DNA of 64,000 nt. It comes from an uncultured Clostridia bacterium. Lineage in GTDB: Bacteria > Bacillota > Clostridia > Christensenellales > UBA1242. The stretch is from contig CANQUB010000002.1 in the NCBI GenBank assembly GCA_947626955.1, positions 1,505 to 65,504 on the forward strand. Direction: 5' to 3'. The position numbers were made by a program, and so were the translations under genes. Positions 48,817 to 56,881 of the stretch are shown here, piece by piece. The number at the start of each line of letters is the position of its first letter. Position 1 is the first letter of the stretch. The notes under the pieces are model-generated. The model made no database searches. It was not told the origin of the DNA and saw only the letters and a list, made by a program, of their open reading frames with translations.

Positions 48817-49440
48817 ATGACAAAAGCAGATTCAATTCTAAAATACAAAAAAGCTTACCAAAAAAACACCAATGAAAAGCTAATCGCCGAGGCCCAAAAT
48901 AGCGACCTATTTGCCTACATAAAGGTCCTTTTAAAGGCCTACAAAAACATACCAAACATCATTGCCATTCTCGATAAAATAATTGAAAAGCGTGCCACGA
49001 GCGTGATTCCAACTGCCTCTATCTATGGCGGGAAGTTTTCCACCTATGGCGAGATTGACCATGTCATTGACCTTACTGCAAGAAAAGACAAGCTTTTAAA
49101 CCTCTATGTTCTAACCGGGGAAATGCTCTCTTGTCTTGAAAGTGAGGACAAAAGGCTGCTCACTTTAAAATACGTCAAAAAACTCAGCACGCAAGATATT
49201 GCCGCCTCACTAAAGGTGACCGAACGCACTGTCTTTCGCAGGGAAAGCAGCATATTAAACAAGCTGGCCATTTGCCTTCTAAAAAAGAACTGGACAAGTA
49301 TGTTTTTGCAAAGCCAGATTGGGGATGAACCATGGCTTAATGAGCTCTACCAAAAGGTCAAAGCCGACGAGCTGACCAACCAAGCCCGCTCAGAGAAGGT
49401 GAGCCGCTACAATAGGTCGTCATCATCGATTACTTCATAG
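48817..49440 (+). CDS. sigma-70 region-4-like HTH transcription regulator (ArpU/RinA-like or sigma-like; family uncertain)
   Basis: The segment EDKRLLTLKYVKKLSTQDIAASLKVTERTVFRRESSILNKL matches the sigma region 4.2 / LuxR-like HTH pattern. GAGGAG RBS. Divergent from the giant ORF. Confidence 0.6.
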   Translation: MTKADSILKYKKAYQKNTNEKLIAEAQNSDLFAYIKVLLKAYKNIPNIIAILDKIIEKRATSVIPTASIYGGKFSTYGEIDHVIDLTARKDKLLNLYVLTGEMLSCLESEDKRLLTLKYVKKLSTQDIAASLKVTERTVFRRESSILNKLAICLLKKNWTSMFLQSQIGDEPWLNELYQKVKADELTNQARSEKVSRYNRSSSSITS

Positions 49441-50405
49441 GTAGGAAACACAGGTTTCAGCGAAGCTGACGCCTCTTTTTTACGGTTTAAAAATGTCTCT
49501 TTTCGGCTTAACGGCTGGCCCTCAAGCTCATCTATGCTATGAATTTTACGATCACTCTTTTTGGCGGGTTTTTCGGGCTTTGACAGCTCCTTTTCAATGT
49601 CTTTTGCCCTTTTAGTCGACCGCTTTTGACCCACCAAAAGTAGTATAAACACAAGCAGTATTGGAAGGCAAATTAGAGCTATCAAAATGCCCTTTACAGC
49701 ACCGCTAATTGCAAAGCTTTCGGCGTCGGCTTGTTCTTCGTTTTTGGGCGGCTCAATAATATCTTCGGCATTTGCCTTAATGGGGGTGAGATTGGTGGTT
49801 CGCTCGCTATAAACATAGCCCTCAATAACGCTTGTGGTGCTGCTAGATGGGGTATAGACAGCGAGATACCAAATGTTTGAACTTCCCCCAACCGGAATGT
49901 CGCCCACAATCTGGCCAACATAGATAAGCGAGCTTGCACCGGCTGGCACAATCTCGAGTATCTCGGCCGAATCGCTGGGAGCTAAACGAATATGCGTGCC
50001 CGACTTACTGCTGATGTCAAAGGTAATACCCTCAAGCGTTGGCTGAATTGGCACAAAGTCCACAACCTTAATCTTGCTTGCATCAACATAACCAACCTGA
50101 CCGTCGTAGTCCACCCGAGCGATGGAGGAACTCACATGACTCAGCACCACCACAAAATAACTTTCGGGCAAAATAAATTTGACATTGCGATAGGAAAGGT
50201 CGCTAATGTCTGAAGTGGTAAACAGGTGACAGTCCTTTTTAATCTTGGCATACTCAACCTGGCTGGGCACATAGGCTGAAGCTCTGCCATAAAACATTGG
50301 CGCCTGCCTAGCCGTTCGAAAAATATAGCCCGCACTCATGACCACCACCAGGGGAGCAAAGACCATTATAAAGGCCAAATTTAAAACACAAATAAATCTT
50401 TTCAT
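49407..50405 (-). CDS. membrane protein: N-terminal signal/anchor, 2 SH3b-like modules, TM helix, charged cytoplasmic tail
   Basis: N-terminal hydrophobic segment FICVLNLAFIMVFAPLVVVM. SH3b-like ends GQVGYVDASKIKVV and IEGYVYSERT. TM helix GILIALICLPILLVFILLLVG. ATG at 50405; the track start at 50411 is TTG. Confidence 0.65.
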   Translation of the reverse strand: MKRFICVLNLAFIMVFAPLVVVMSAGYIFRTARQAPMFYGRASAYVPSQVEYAKIKKDCHLFTTSDISDLSYRNVKFILPESYFVVVLSHVSSSIARVDYDGQVGYVDASKIKVVDFVPIQPTLEGITFDISSKSGTHIRLAPSDSAEILEIVPAGASSLIYVGQIVGDIPVGGSSNIWYLAVYTPSSSTTSVIEGYVYSERTTNLTPIKANAEDIIEPPKNEEQADAESFAISGAVKGILIALICLPILLVFILLLVGQKRSTKRAKDIEKELSKPEKPAKKSDRKIHSIDELEGQPLSRKETFLNRKKEASASLKPVFPTYEVIDDDDLL

Positions 50406-50513
50406 GGCCAAAAGTTTAGCAAATATAGACCACCATTTTAAAGGCGAAAAAGAGCAGTTTTTAATAAAAGACTGCGAATAAATAAAATCTTTGTAACAAG
50501 CAAAATTTCGGTC

Positions 50514-50538
50514 AAAAACGCAAAAATATTGCGTTTTT
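50514..50538. promoter_or_regulatory. perfect 10-bp inverted repeat (candidate operator) upstream of the terminase gene
   Basis: AAAAACGCAA (50514-50523), spacer AAATA, TTGCGTTTTT (50529-50538). A third half-site, AATTTTGCGTTTTTT, lies at 50555-50569 and abuts the RBS of the terminase gene. Confidence 0.45.
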
Positions 50539-50580
50539 TCATCATTTTTCGATTAATTTTGCGTTTTTTAAAGGAGGAGC

Positions 50581-52014
50581 ATGAAAAACGACATAATAAA
50601 AAAAGCTCAAAAACTTTCCCAGGAAATAGCCAAGAGAAAGAGCCGTCCTATCTATAACTACAACACCGGAAAATTAGTTCATAAAAAGCAACTTGAATTT
50701 CACAAATGCCAAAAGCGTAATCGCTGGGTGTTTGGAGGAAACCGAACAGGCAAGACCGAATGCGGAGCTGTTGAGGTGGTGTGGCTAGCCACTGGAACGC
50801 ATCCTTATAGACCCAATAAAAAAGACACCTTCGGCTGGGTGGTCAGCCTATCAACCAAGGTGCAAAAAGAGGTGGCACAAGAGAAAATTTTAAAATATCT
50901 AGACAAGTCATTTATCAGCGAAATTATCATGAACAGCGGCAAGAAAAACAGTCCCGAGTATGGGGTCATTGACACCATTGTTGTAAAGAATGTCTTTGGT
51001 GGATTCTCTAAAATTTCCTTTAAGACCTGCGAAGAGGGGCGAGAAAAATTCCAAGGTACTTCGCTTGACTATGTCTGGTTCGACGAAGAGCCGCCCGAGG
51101 ACATATACAGCGAGTGCGTCATGCGAGTCCTTGACAAAAAGGGCGACATTTTTGGCACAATGACCCCGCTAAAGGGGCAGACCTATATCTATGACAAAAT
51201 TTACTTAAACCCCACTGGCGACCCCGAAATTTTTTGTATGTTCATGGAGTGGAACGACAACCCATACCTAAGCCAGGCCGAACTTGCAAGGCTAAATAGC
51301 ACACTAAGTGAGGAAGAGCTGACCGCTCGAAGATATGGCAGGTTTATTATGAATCTAACCAGCCTTGTATATAAGGAGTTCGACCCCTCGATAAACATCA
51401 TTGAACCCATCAGCTTGCCGCATGAATACTACGACAATATCTCCATCGACCCCGGACTCAACAACCCGCTTTCAGCCCACTTTTATGCCTGCGACTACGA
51501 CGGCAATATCTATGTCGTGGCCGAGCACTATATGGCCGAGCAGAATGTTGAGTATCATGCAAGCAAGATAAAAGAAATTGCCGCATCCCTTGGCTGGCCC
51601 AAAAGAAAGGATGGGAGGCTAGAGGCACTAATTGATAGTGCTGCCAACCAAAAGACCCTTTCGTCAAGTAAGAGCGTCTCTGAGCTGTTCTTTGAAAATG
51701 GAATTGCTGTAAACCCCAATGTCAACAAAGACTTGTTTGCCGGCATAAGTCGAGTTAAAAGTTATCTTAAAAGTGCCGATGGGCGAAGCCGACTATTTAT
51801 CTTTTCTTCCTGCGTGAACCTCATCCGTGAAATAAAGAGCTACCATTGGGGAGACGGTGATCGGCCGGTAAAAACCGACGACCATTGCCTGGACGAGCTG
51901 AGATATTACCTCATGAGCCGCCCCGAGAACAAAGCGCCAAAGCCTGAGAAAACCGAAATACAAAGAGACAAGGAGAGGCTATATCGCAGGATAAGAAACT
52001 CATATGGAAGATAA
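50581..52014 (+). CDS. phage terminase large subunit
   Basis: Walker A FGGNRTGKTECGA and Walker B LDYVWFDEEP, with a C-terminal nuclease-sized domain (SAHFYACDYDGNIYVVAEHY, DDHCLDELRY). AAAGGAGG RBS. Confidence 0.88.
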   Translation: MKNDIIKKAQKLSQEIAKRKSRPIYNYNTGKLVHKKQLEFHKCQKRNRWVFGGNRTGKTECGAVEVVWLATGTHPYRPNKKDTFGWVVSLSTKVQKEVAQEKILKYLDKSFISEIIMNSGKKNSPEYGVIDTIVVKNVFGGFSKISFKTCEEGREKFQGTSLDYVWFDEEPPEDIYSECVMRVLDKKGDIFGTMTPLKGQTYIYDKIYLNPTGDPEIFCMFMEWNDNPYLSQAELARLNSTLSEEELTARRYGRFIMNLTSLVYKEFDPSINIIEPISLPHEYYDNISIDPGLNNPLSAHFYACDYDGNIYVVAEHYMAEQNVEYHASKIKEIAASLGWPKRKDGRLEALIDSAANQKTLSSSKSVSELFFENGIAVNPNVNKDLFAGISRVKSYLKSADGRSRLFIFSSCVNLIREIKSYHWGDGDRPVKTDDHCLDELRYYLMSRPENKAPKPEKTEIQRDKERLYRRIRNSYGR

Positions 52015-52375
52015 CAAGCTTTTAAGCACCCTAAAAAAGGTTCTACTCAAAAAGGCCAAGGGCTATATGTATAAAGAAGAGGTCGATGAGTACGAAAGTG
52101 CGCAAGAAAAACCAAAAAAGGAGTCTGTCGGCGTCAGTCAGCAACTCGATTTTTCCAGCCTTAATATAAACTTTAAACCGGTCAGCACTCCAAAGAAAAG
52201 TTTGACCCTTGTGAAGAAAAAGGTGAGCAGTCATCATGTTCCGCCCGACCTTGCTGCCATAAAACTGCTAATGGACTATTTCATAACGCAGAACGACGAC
52301 GAACTGTGCAATCTTAGCGACAAGGAACTAAATGAGCTTAAGGAGAGCCTAATTGACCAACTCAAAAAATTATAA
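52004..52375 (+). CDS. hypothetical phage protein (123 aa, K/E-rich)
   Basis: The ORF overlaps the TerL end by 11 nt. The segment HHVPPDLAAIKLLMDY faintly recalls the C-terminal region of small terminase subunits. That resemblance is from memory and is weak. Confidence 0.5.
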   Translation: MEDNKLLSTLKKVLLKKAKGYMYKEEVDEYESAQEKPKKESVGVSQQLDFSSLNINFKPVSTPKKSLTLVKKKVSSHHVPPDLAAIKLLMDYFITQNDDELCNLSDKELNELKESLIDQLKKL

Positions 52376-52387
52376 AGGAGAGAAAAA

Positions 52388-52582
52388 ATGCAAATTGACT
52401 ACTGCCCAAAAAACATCCGCTGTGACACTGCCACATGTAACAAGATGGCAAAAGTGTGCATAAACACTTCGGGACACAAAGGCAGCCTGCACCTTTGCGA
52501 GGACTGCTTTTTACAAATGCTAGCCATTATGACAAAGATGAAAAAAGAACTTATAGAGATTCAAAAGGAGACAAAGAAGTGA
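52388..52582 (+). CDS. small Cys-rich (zinc-ribbon-like) phage protein
   Basis: 64 aa with Cys residues at C6, C12, C17, C24 and a C47-x2-C50 pair. AAAGGAGAG RBS. The stop overlaps the portal GTG start (GTGA). Confidence 0.5.
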   Translation: MQIDYCPKNIRCDTATCNKMAKVCINTSGHKGSLHLCEDCFLQMLAIMTKMKKELIEIQKETKK

Positions 52583-54507
52583 ATTCAAAAAACGCAAAAA
52601 CAAACATAAAAAACGTAAAAAACCGCTCAAAAACTCAAAATGACGAAAAATTTTATTATTCCAAAGAGCAAGACGAGGTCATTGTGAATGATGTTTTAAA
52701 AGACTTTGAAAGGCGTCGTGAGGAGCGAAAGTCATATGAGCTTGCCTGGGAGCTAAACATGAATTTCATGCTTGGCAACCAATATTCTTGCATAAGCCCA
52801 TCGGGAGAAATTGAGCAATCGGCCAAGAACTATTACTGGGAAGAGCGTGAGGTCTACAACCACATTGCACCCATAATTGAGTCCAGACTGGCCAAGCTTG
52901 GAAAGGTCAGGCCGACGGTTTCGGTTCGTCCGTCGGGCAACGAACAAAAGGATCTATATTGTGCAAAGCTGTCTAAGGCTATAATAAATAATTTGACCGA
53001 CCGTTCCAACCTCAGTGAGCTTATAACCACAGCCACCATTTGGAGTGAAATAACCGGCACCGCCTTTTACAAAATTATTTGGGACGACCTTGCCGGCGAC
53101 ACAATTGCCTACGAAAACGACAAGAGCATAAAGGCGGGAGACATCAGCATAACCGTTTGCCCGCCTTTTGAAATTTTTCCCGACTCGGCCGGCTACACCG
53201 ACATCGAGGCGTGTGAGAGCATAATCCACGCAAGAGCCTTCCCGGCTCACCAAGTCGAGGAGCTTTGGAATGTTAAACTCACCGGCAAGGACATTGACTG
53301 CTTTTCGTTTAACAACCTGCTGTTAAAAGGCGGCATGAGCGGGCTTAGTAATGTTACCAGGCTGTCGCACTCAATAAAGCACGACCAAGTCATGGTGCTT
53401 GAAAAATATATTAAGCCTTGCGAAAGCCTACCAAATGGTCGACTCATCATAATCGCCGGCGACAAGCTTGTATACGACGGAGATATGCCATTTATCATTG
53501 GTGCAAACGGCTCACGAGCCTTTCCTTTTGTAAAGCAAATTTCAACCAGCCAAATTGGCAGCTTCTGGGGAGTTAGCGTTATTGAGCGTTGCATTCCAAT
53601 ACAGCGTGCCTACAACGCCATCAAAAACCGCAAGCACGAGTTCATGGCCAGGCTGTCATCGGGAGTGCTAGCCGTGGAGGATGGGTCAGTGGACATTGAC
53701 AATATCGAAGACGAAGGCTTAGCTCCCGGCAAAATTTTGGTTTATCGCAACGGCAGCACTCCGCCAAGGTTTATCGACGGGGGCAGCATACCATACGAGT
53801 TCAACAATGAAGAGGATAGGCTGCTCAGCGAATTTATTTCAGTCTCGGGAGTCAGCGAGATCATGCGTAACAGCTCAATCCCATCAAATGTGTCCAGCGG
53901 AACGGCACTTAACCTTCTAATCGAGCAAGACGACACTCGAATGTCGGTGACCGCCGAATACATACGCTCGGCCGTAAAGAAAATTGCTCAAATTGCCATT
54001 AGGCTCTACAAGCAATATGCAACCAGCCAAAGGCTGAGCCAAATCACCGACGAAAATGGTGACATTGAGCTTTATTACTGGAAGGGCAGCGACCTTACTA
54101 GTGACGATGTGGTACTCGACACCGAAAACGAGCTCAGCCAAACACCAACCCAACGTAAAAATATGCTGCTTGAACTATATCGAGACGGACTGTTGAATGA
54201 CGAAAACGGAAGATTATCCAACCGCAATCGTACAAAGCTTCTTGAAGCGCTCGGCATGGGCATTTGGGAAAACCAGGGCGACCTAACACAAATGCACATC
54301 AAAAAAGCCATAAAAGAAAACTTAAATCTTGTAAGTGTCGTGCCTTCTGAGATAGACGACCATCAAATCCACATCGAGGAGCACACGAAATTTTTACTAA
54401 GCGATGAGAGCCAAAAGTTCTCAAAAGAGCATTTAGAAAAATTGACCGAGCACATCTTGGCTCACCGCTCAATGATATATGCCGATAGTCAAACCACGCA
54501 AAATTAA
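52579..54507 (+). CDS. phage portal protein
   Basis: About 642 aa, lying between the TerL block and the scaffold and capsid genes. AAGGAG lies 7 nt upstream of GTG 52579. The longer track ORF from 52456 overlaps the Cys-rich gene in another frame and has no RBS. Confidence 0.7.
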   Translation: MNSKNAKTNIKNVKNRSKTQNDEKFYYSKEQDEVIVNDVLKDFERRREERKSYELAWELNMNFMLGNQYSCISPSGEIEQSAKNYYWEEREVYNHIAPIIESRLAKLGKVRPTVSVRPSGNEQKDLYCAKLSKAIINNLTDRSNLSELITTATIWSEITGTAFYKIIWDDLAGDTIAYENDKSIKAGDISITVCPPFEIFPDSAGYTDIEACESIIHARAFPAHQVEELWNVKLTGKDIDCFSFNNLLLKGGMSGLSNVTRLSHSIKHDQVMVLEKYIKPCESLPNGRLIIIAGDKLVYDGDMPFIIGANGSRAFPFVKQISTSQIGSFWGVSVIERCIPIQRAYNAIKNRKHEFMARLSSGVLAVEDGSVDIDNIEDEGLAPGKILVYRNGSTPPRFIDGGSIPYEFNNEEDRLLSEFISVSGVSEIMRNSSIPSNVSSGTALNLLIEQDDTRMSVTAEYIRSAVKKIAQIAIRLYKQYATSQRLSQITDENGDIELYYWKGSDLTSDDVVLDTENELSQTPTQRKNMLLELYRDGLLNDENGRLSNRNRTKLLEALGMGIWENQGDLTQMHIKKAIKENLNLVSVVPSEIDDHQIHIEEHTKFLLSDESQKFSKEHLEKLTEHILAHRSMIYADSQTTQN

Positions 54508-54519
54508 AGGAGAAAAAAT

Positions 54520-55215
54520 ATGGAAGAAAATTTGGAACAACCTTCAACCACTAGCACCAATGTTAGCGAACAAATCGACAAAGAAAGTGAGGGTGAACAA
54601 AAGGTTGAAGGCTCCACTTTTGGAAAGTTTAAAGATGCATCAAGTCTTTTAGAGGCCTATACCAGCCTTGAAAAAGAGTTCACACGCAAGGCACAAAAAT
54701 TATCTGAGCTTAAAAAGGCATATGAAAATTTAAGCGTTGAAAAAACGCAAAATCAACCTTCTATAGATGAAAAAACCGTTCAAAATGCCCAAAGTGAAGA
54801 AAATTTGAGTGATGAAGCCACAGCTGTGGCCGATAATAACAAGCCCTTATATCTTAAAAGCGACTGGCCAAAAAGGGTAAGGCAATTTTTTGAGGGCCAC
54901 CCCGACGCCAGTGAGTATAGAGCCGACATTGCAAGAAAGCTTATGCAAGACAGCAGCCTTTCGCAAAATGAAAACTGCCTTGAATATGCCTATTTGCTTG
55001 CAAAAGAAAAAAGACCTGCAAACACTTCTCCAAAGATTACCGACCAAGACAAAGAAGAGATAATTCGCGAGTATCTCAAAGGTCTTAAAGAGGGTAAAAG
55101 TAATTTAAGGTTTATTTCGGGAGAGGCCACATTTTCGGCTGCAACTCCAAACGCAAATAGACCAAAAACAATCAAAGAAGCTTCTAACATTCTAGAAAAG
55201 CTGCTACAAAAATAA
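54520..55215 (+). CDS. phage scaffolding protein (candidate)
   Basis: 231 aa, acidic and helical, positioned between the portal and major capsid genes. AAGGAG RBS. Confidence 0.6.
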   Translation: MEENLEQPSTTSTNVSEQIDKESEGEQKVEGSTFGKFKDASSLLEAYTSLEKEFTRKAQKLSELKKAYENLSVEKTQNQPSIDEKTVQNAQSEENLSDEATAVADNNKPLYLKSDWPKRVRQFFEGHPDASEYRADIARKLMQDSSLSQNENCLEYAYLLAKEKRPANTSPKITDQDKEEIIREYLKGLKEGKSNLRFISGEATFSAATPNANRPKTIKEASNILEKLLQK

Positions 55216-55224
55216 GGAGAAAAA

Positions 55225-56406
55225 ATGGTAACACTAGAAACAGCAAACAAGGCCTTAAAAGAAGTTTACCTTGGTGTGGTTGCCGAGCAACTCAACACAG
55301 GAGTGAACCCACTTTTGGCCCGAATCAATCAAACCACCAGCGACGTTTGGGGCAAAGAAATTAGAAAACTTGCTCCATTTGGAATCAATGGTGGTATAGG
55401 TGCTGGCGACGAGGACGGCAAATTGCCAACAGCTGCCGGCAATTCGTACGCTCAGTTCGTACTCGATCTTAAAAACCTTTATGGCAAGATCGAAATTTCA
55501 GACAAGGCAATTCGTGCTTCGCAAAACTCTGCCGGAGCATTTGTAAACCTTCTAAACGCCGAAATGGAAGGCCTCATCAAGGCAAGTTCTTTCAACTTTG
55601 GAAGAATGCTCTATGGTGACGGCACTGGCTTTTTGGCAAAGATCACCACAAACACAGCCACAGTTTTGACCGTTGACTCGGTTACAAACCTGGTTGAAGG
55701 CATGGTGGTTGATGTGGTAAATGGTTCGGGGGTTGTTCAATCAACCGGAACTGCACTTAGAATTAAATCCATCAACCGTGCCGCAAAGACTGTCACTATC
55801 GATAAGACTGTTGGTGCAGATGCTTTCAAGTCGGACGAAACACAATATTATCTCTGCGTTCAGGGCTCATACGGCAAGGAAATCACAGGTCTTGGTGCAA
55901 TCTTCAAAAATGATGGCTCACTGTATGGCCTTGCAAGAAGTGAATACAGCTGGCTAATCCCATACATGAAAGACAACGGCTCGGCCGACATAAGCGAAAT
56001 TGCCATGCAAACAGCTATCGACACCCTAGAAGAGGTCAACGGCAGCAAGGTAGACTTCATCGTCTGCTCGGCAGGAGTTAAGAGAAACTATCAAAAATAT
56101 CTTGCTAGTTACCGCAGCAATGTGGACATCATGGATCTTGCCGGTGGTTACAAGGCCATTTCTTATAACGGTATCCCTGTTATTTCTGACCGCTTTGCAC
56201 CAGCAAACAGTATGTATCTTCTAAACACCAAGGCCTTCACTCTTCATCAGCTTTGCGACTGGCAATGGCTTGAGGGTGAGGATGGAAGAGTTATTAAGCA
56301 AACCTTCAACAAGCCAACCTACACAGCAACACTTGTAAAGTACGCTGACATCATCTGCGACCAGCCAAGTGGACAAGCTCTAATTACAGGTATTTTGGAG
56401 TCATAA
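55225..56406 (+). CDS. phage major capsid protein (HK97-fold type, by position and size)
   Basis: 393 aa immediately after the scaffold gene, with AAGGAG RBS. It is followed by the strongest terminator in the window. Gly-rich loops are present (GINGGIGAGDEDG, YGDGTG). Confidence 0.7.
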   Translation: MVTLETANKALKEVYLGVVAEQLNTGVNPLLARINQTTSDVWGKEIRKLAPFGINGGIGAGDEDGKLPTAAGNSYAQFVLDLKNLYGKIEISDKAIRASQNSAGAFVNLLNAEMEGLIKASSFNFGRMLYGDGTGFLAKITTNTATVLTVDSVTNLVEGMVVDVVNGSGVVQSTGTALRIKSINRAAKTVTIDKTVGADAFKSDETQYYLCVQGSYGKEITGLGAIFKNDGSLYGLARSEYSWLIPYMKDNGSADISEIAMQTAIDTLEEVNGSKVDFIVCSAGVKRNYQKYLASYRSNVDIMDLAGGYKAISYNGIPVISDRFAPANSMYLLNTKAFTLHQLCDWQWLEGEDGRVIKQTFNKPTYTATLVKYADIICDQPSGQALITGILES

Positions 56407-56410
56407 TTAT

Positions 56411-56450
56411 CTGTTTTCTCTCGGGTTACCGAGAGAAAACAGCCTTTTTT
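56411..56450 (+). terminator. strong intrinsic terminator after the capsid gene
   Basis: Perfect 14-bp stem CTGTTTTCTCTCGG (56411-56424) / CCGAGAGAAAACAG (56429-56442), loop GTTA, followed by CCTTTTTT. Confidence 0.85.
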
Positions 56451-56483
56451 AGTATTTTTGACCCATTTTTTCAAGGAGTTTAT

Positions 56484-56879
56484 ATGAAAAATGCGGAAAA
56501 TTTAAAAATGACAAAAATAAATGATGTGTATTTCATATCAAAATTTTTGAAAAATTTTAATCCAAATTTTTGTCTGGTATATTTATTTGAACTAAACAAA
56601 TATGCCGTTTTTGACACAGCAAAAAAGCAAATAGTTATAACCTATGACCGCTATCCAGACTATGGCATTTTAGTAAAACTCAAGGTTACCAGCCGCGAAA
56701 ACATACAAAAATATCTCAGCCAAATCGAGCAAAAGAATCTTGAAATTGAGCTTAAAGATGTCAATAAAAAAATTGGCAAGGCTAAGGACCAACTATGTGA
56801 AGTTTTTAGCTATGCCGAAAAAGCGGGTGGGGGAAACTTGGGTCAAAACCAAATCAAAAAAATTATTAATGAGGAATAA
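56484..56879 (+). CDS. hypothetical phage protein (131 aa)
   Basis: ORF with AAGGAG RBS, in a structural-gene context. Confidence 0.55.
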   Translation: MKNAENLKMTKINDVYFISKFLKNFNPNFCLVYLFELNKYAVFDTAKKQIVITYDRYPDYGILVKLKVTSRENIQKYLSQIEQKNLEIELKDVNKKIGKAKDQLCEVFSYAEKAGGGNLGQNQIKKIINEE

Positions 56880-56881
56880 AT

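Noticed and set aside
48704-48955. 83-aa minus-strand ORF in the regulator/giant-ORF intergenic region.
   Set aside because: It overlaps the start and RBS of the plus-strand regulator gene. It is Cys/Phe/Leu-rich, has no RBS and looks like a shadow ORF.
12311-50571. The exact 18-nt direct repeat (12311-12328 and 50554-50571) as attL/attR of an integrated element.
   Set aside because: The 38-kb interval contains murG, the topoisomerase pair and other core genes. It has no integrase, and the phage block lies outside the interval, not inside it.
52456-52578. Longer portal ORF start at 52456.
   Set aside because: It overlaps the Cys-rich gene in a different frame for 127 nt and has no RBS. GTG 52579 has AAGGAG 7 nt upstream and forms a GTGA stop-start overlap.
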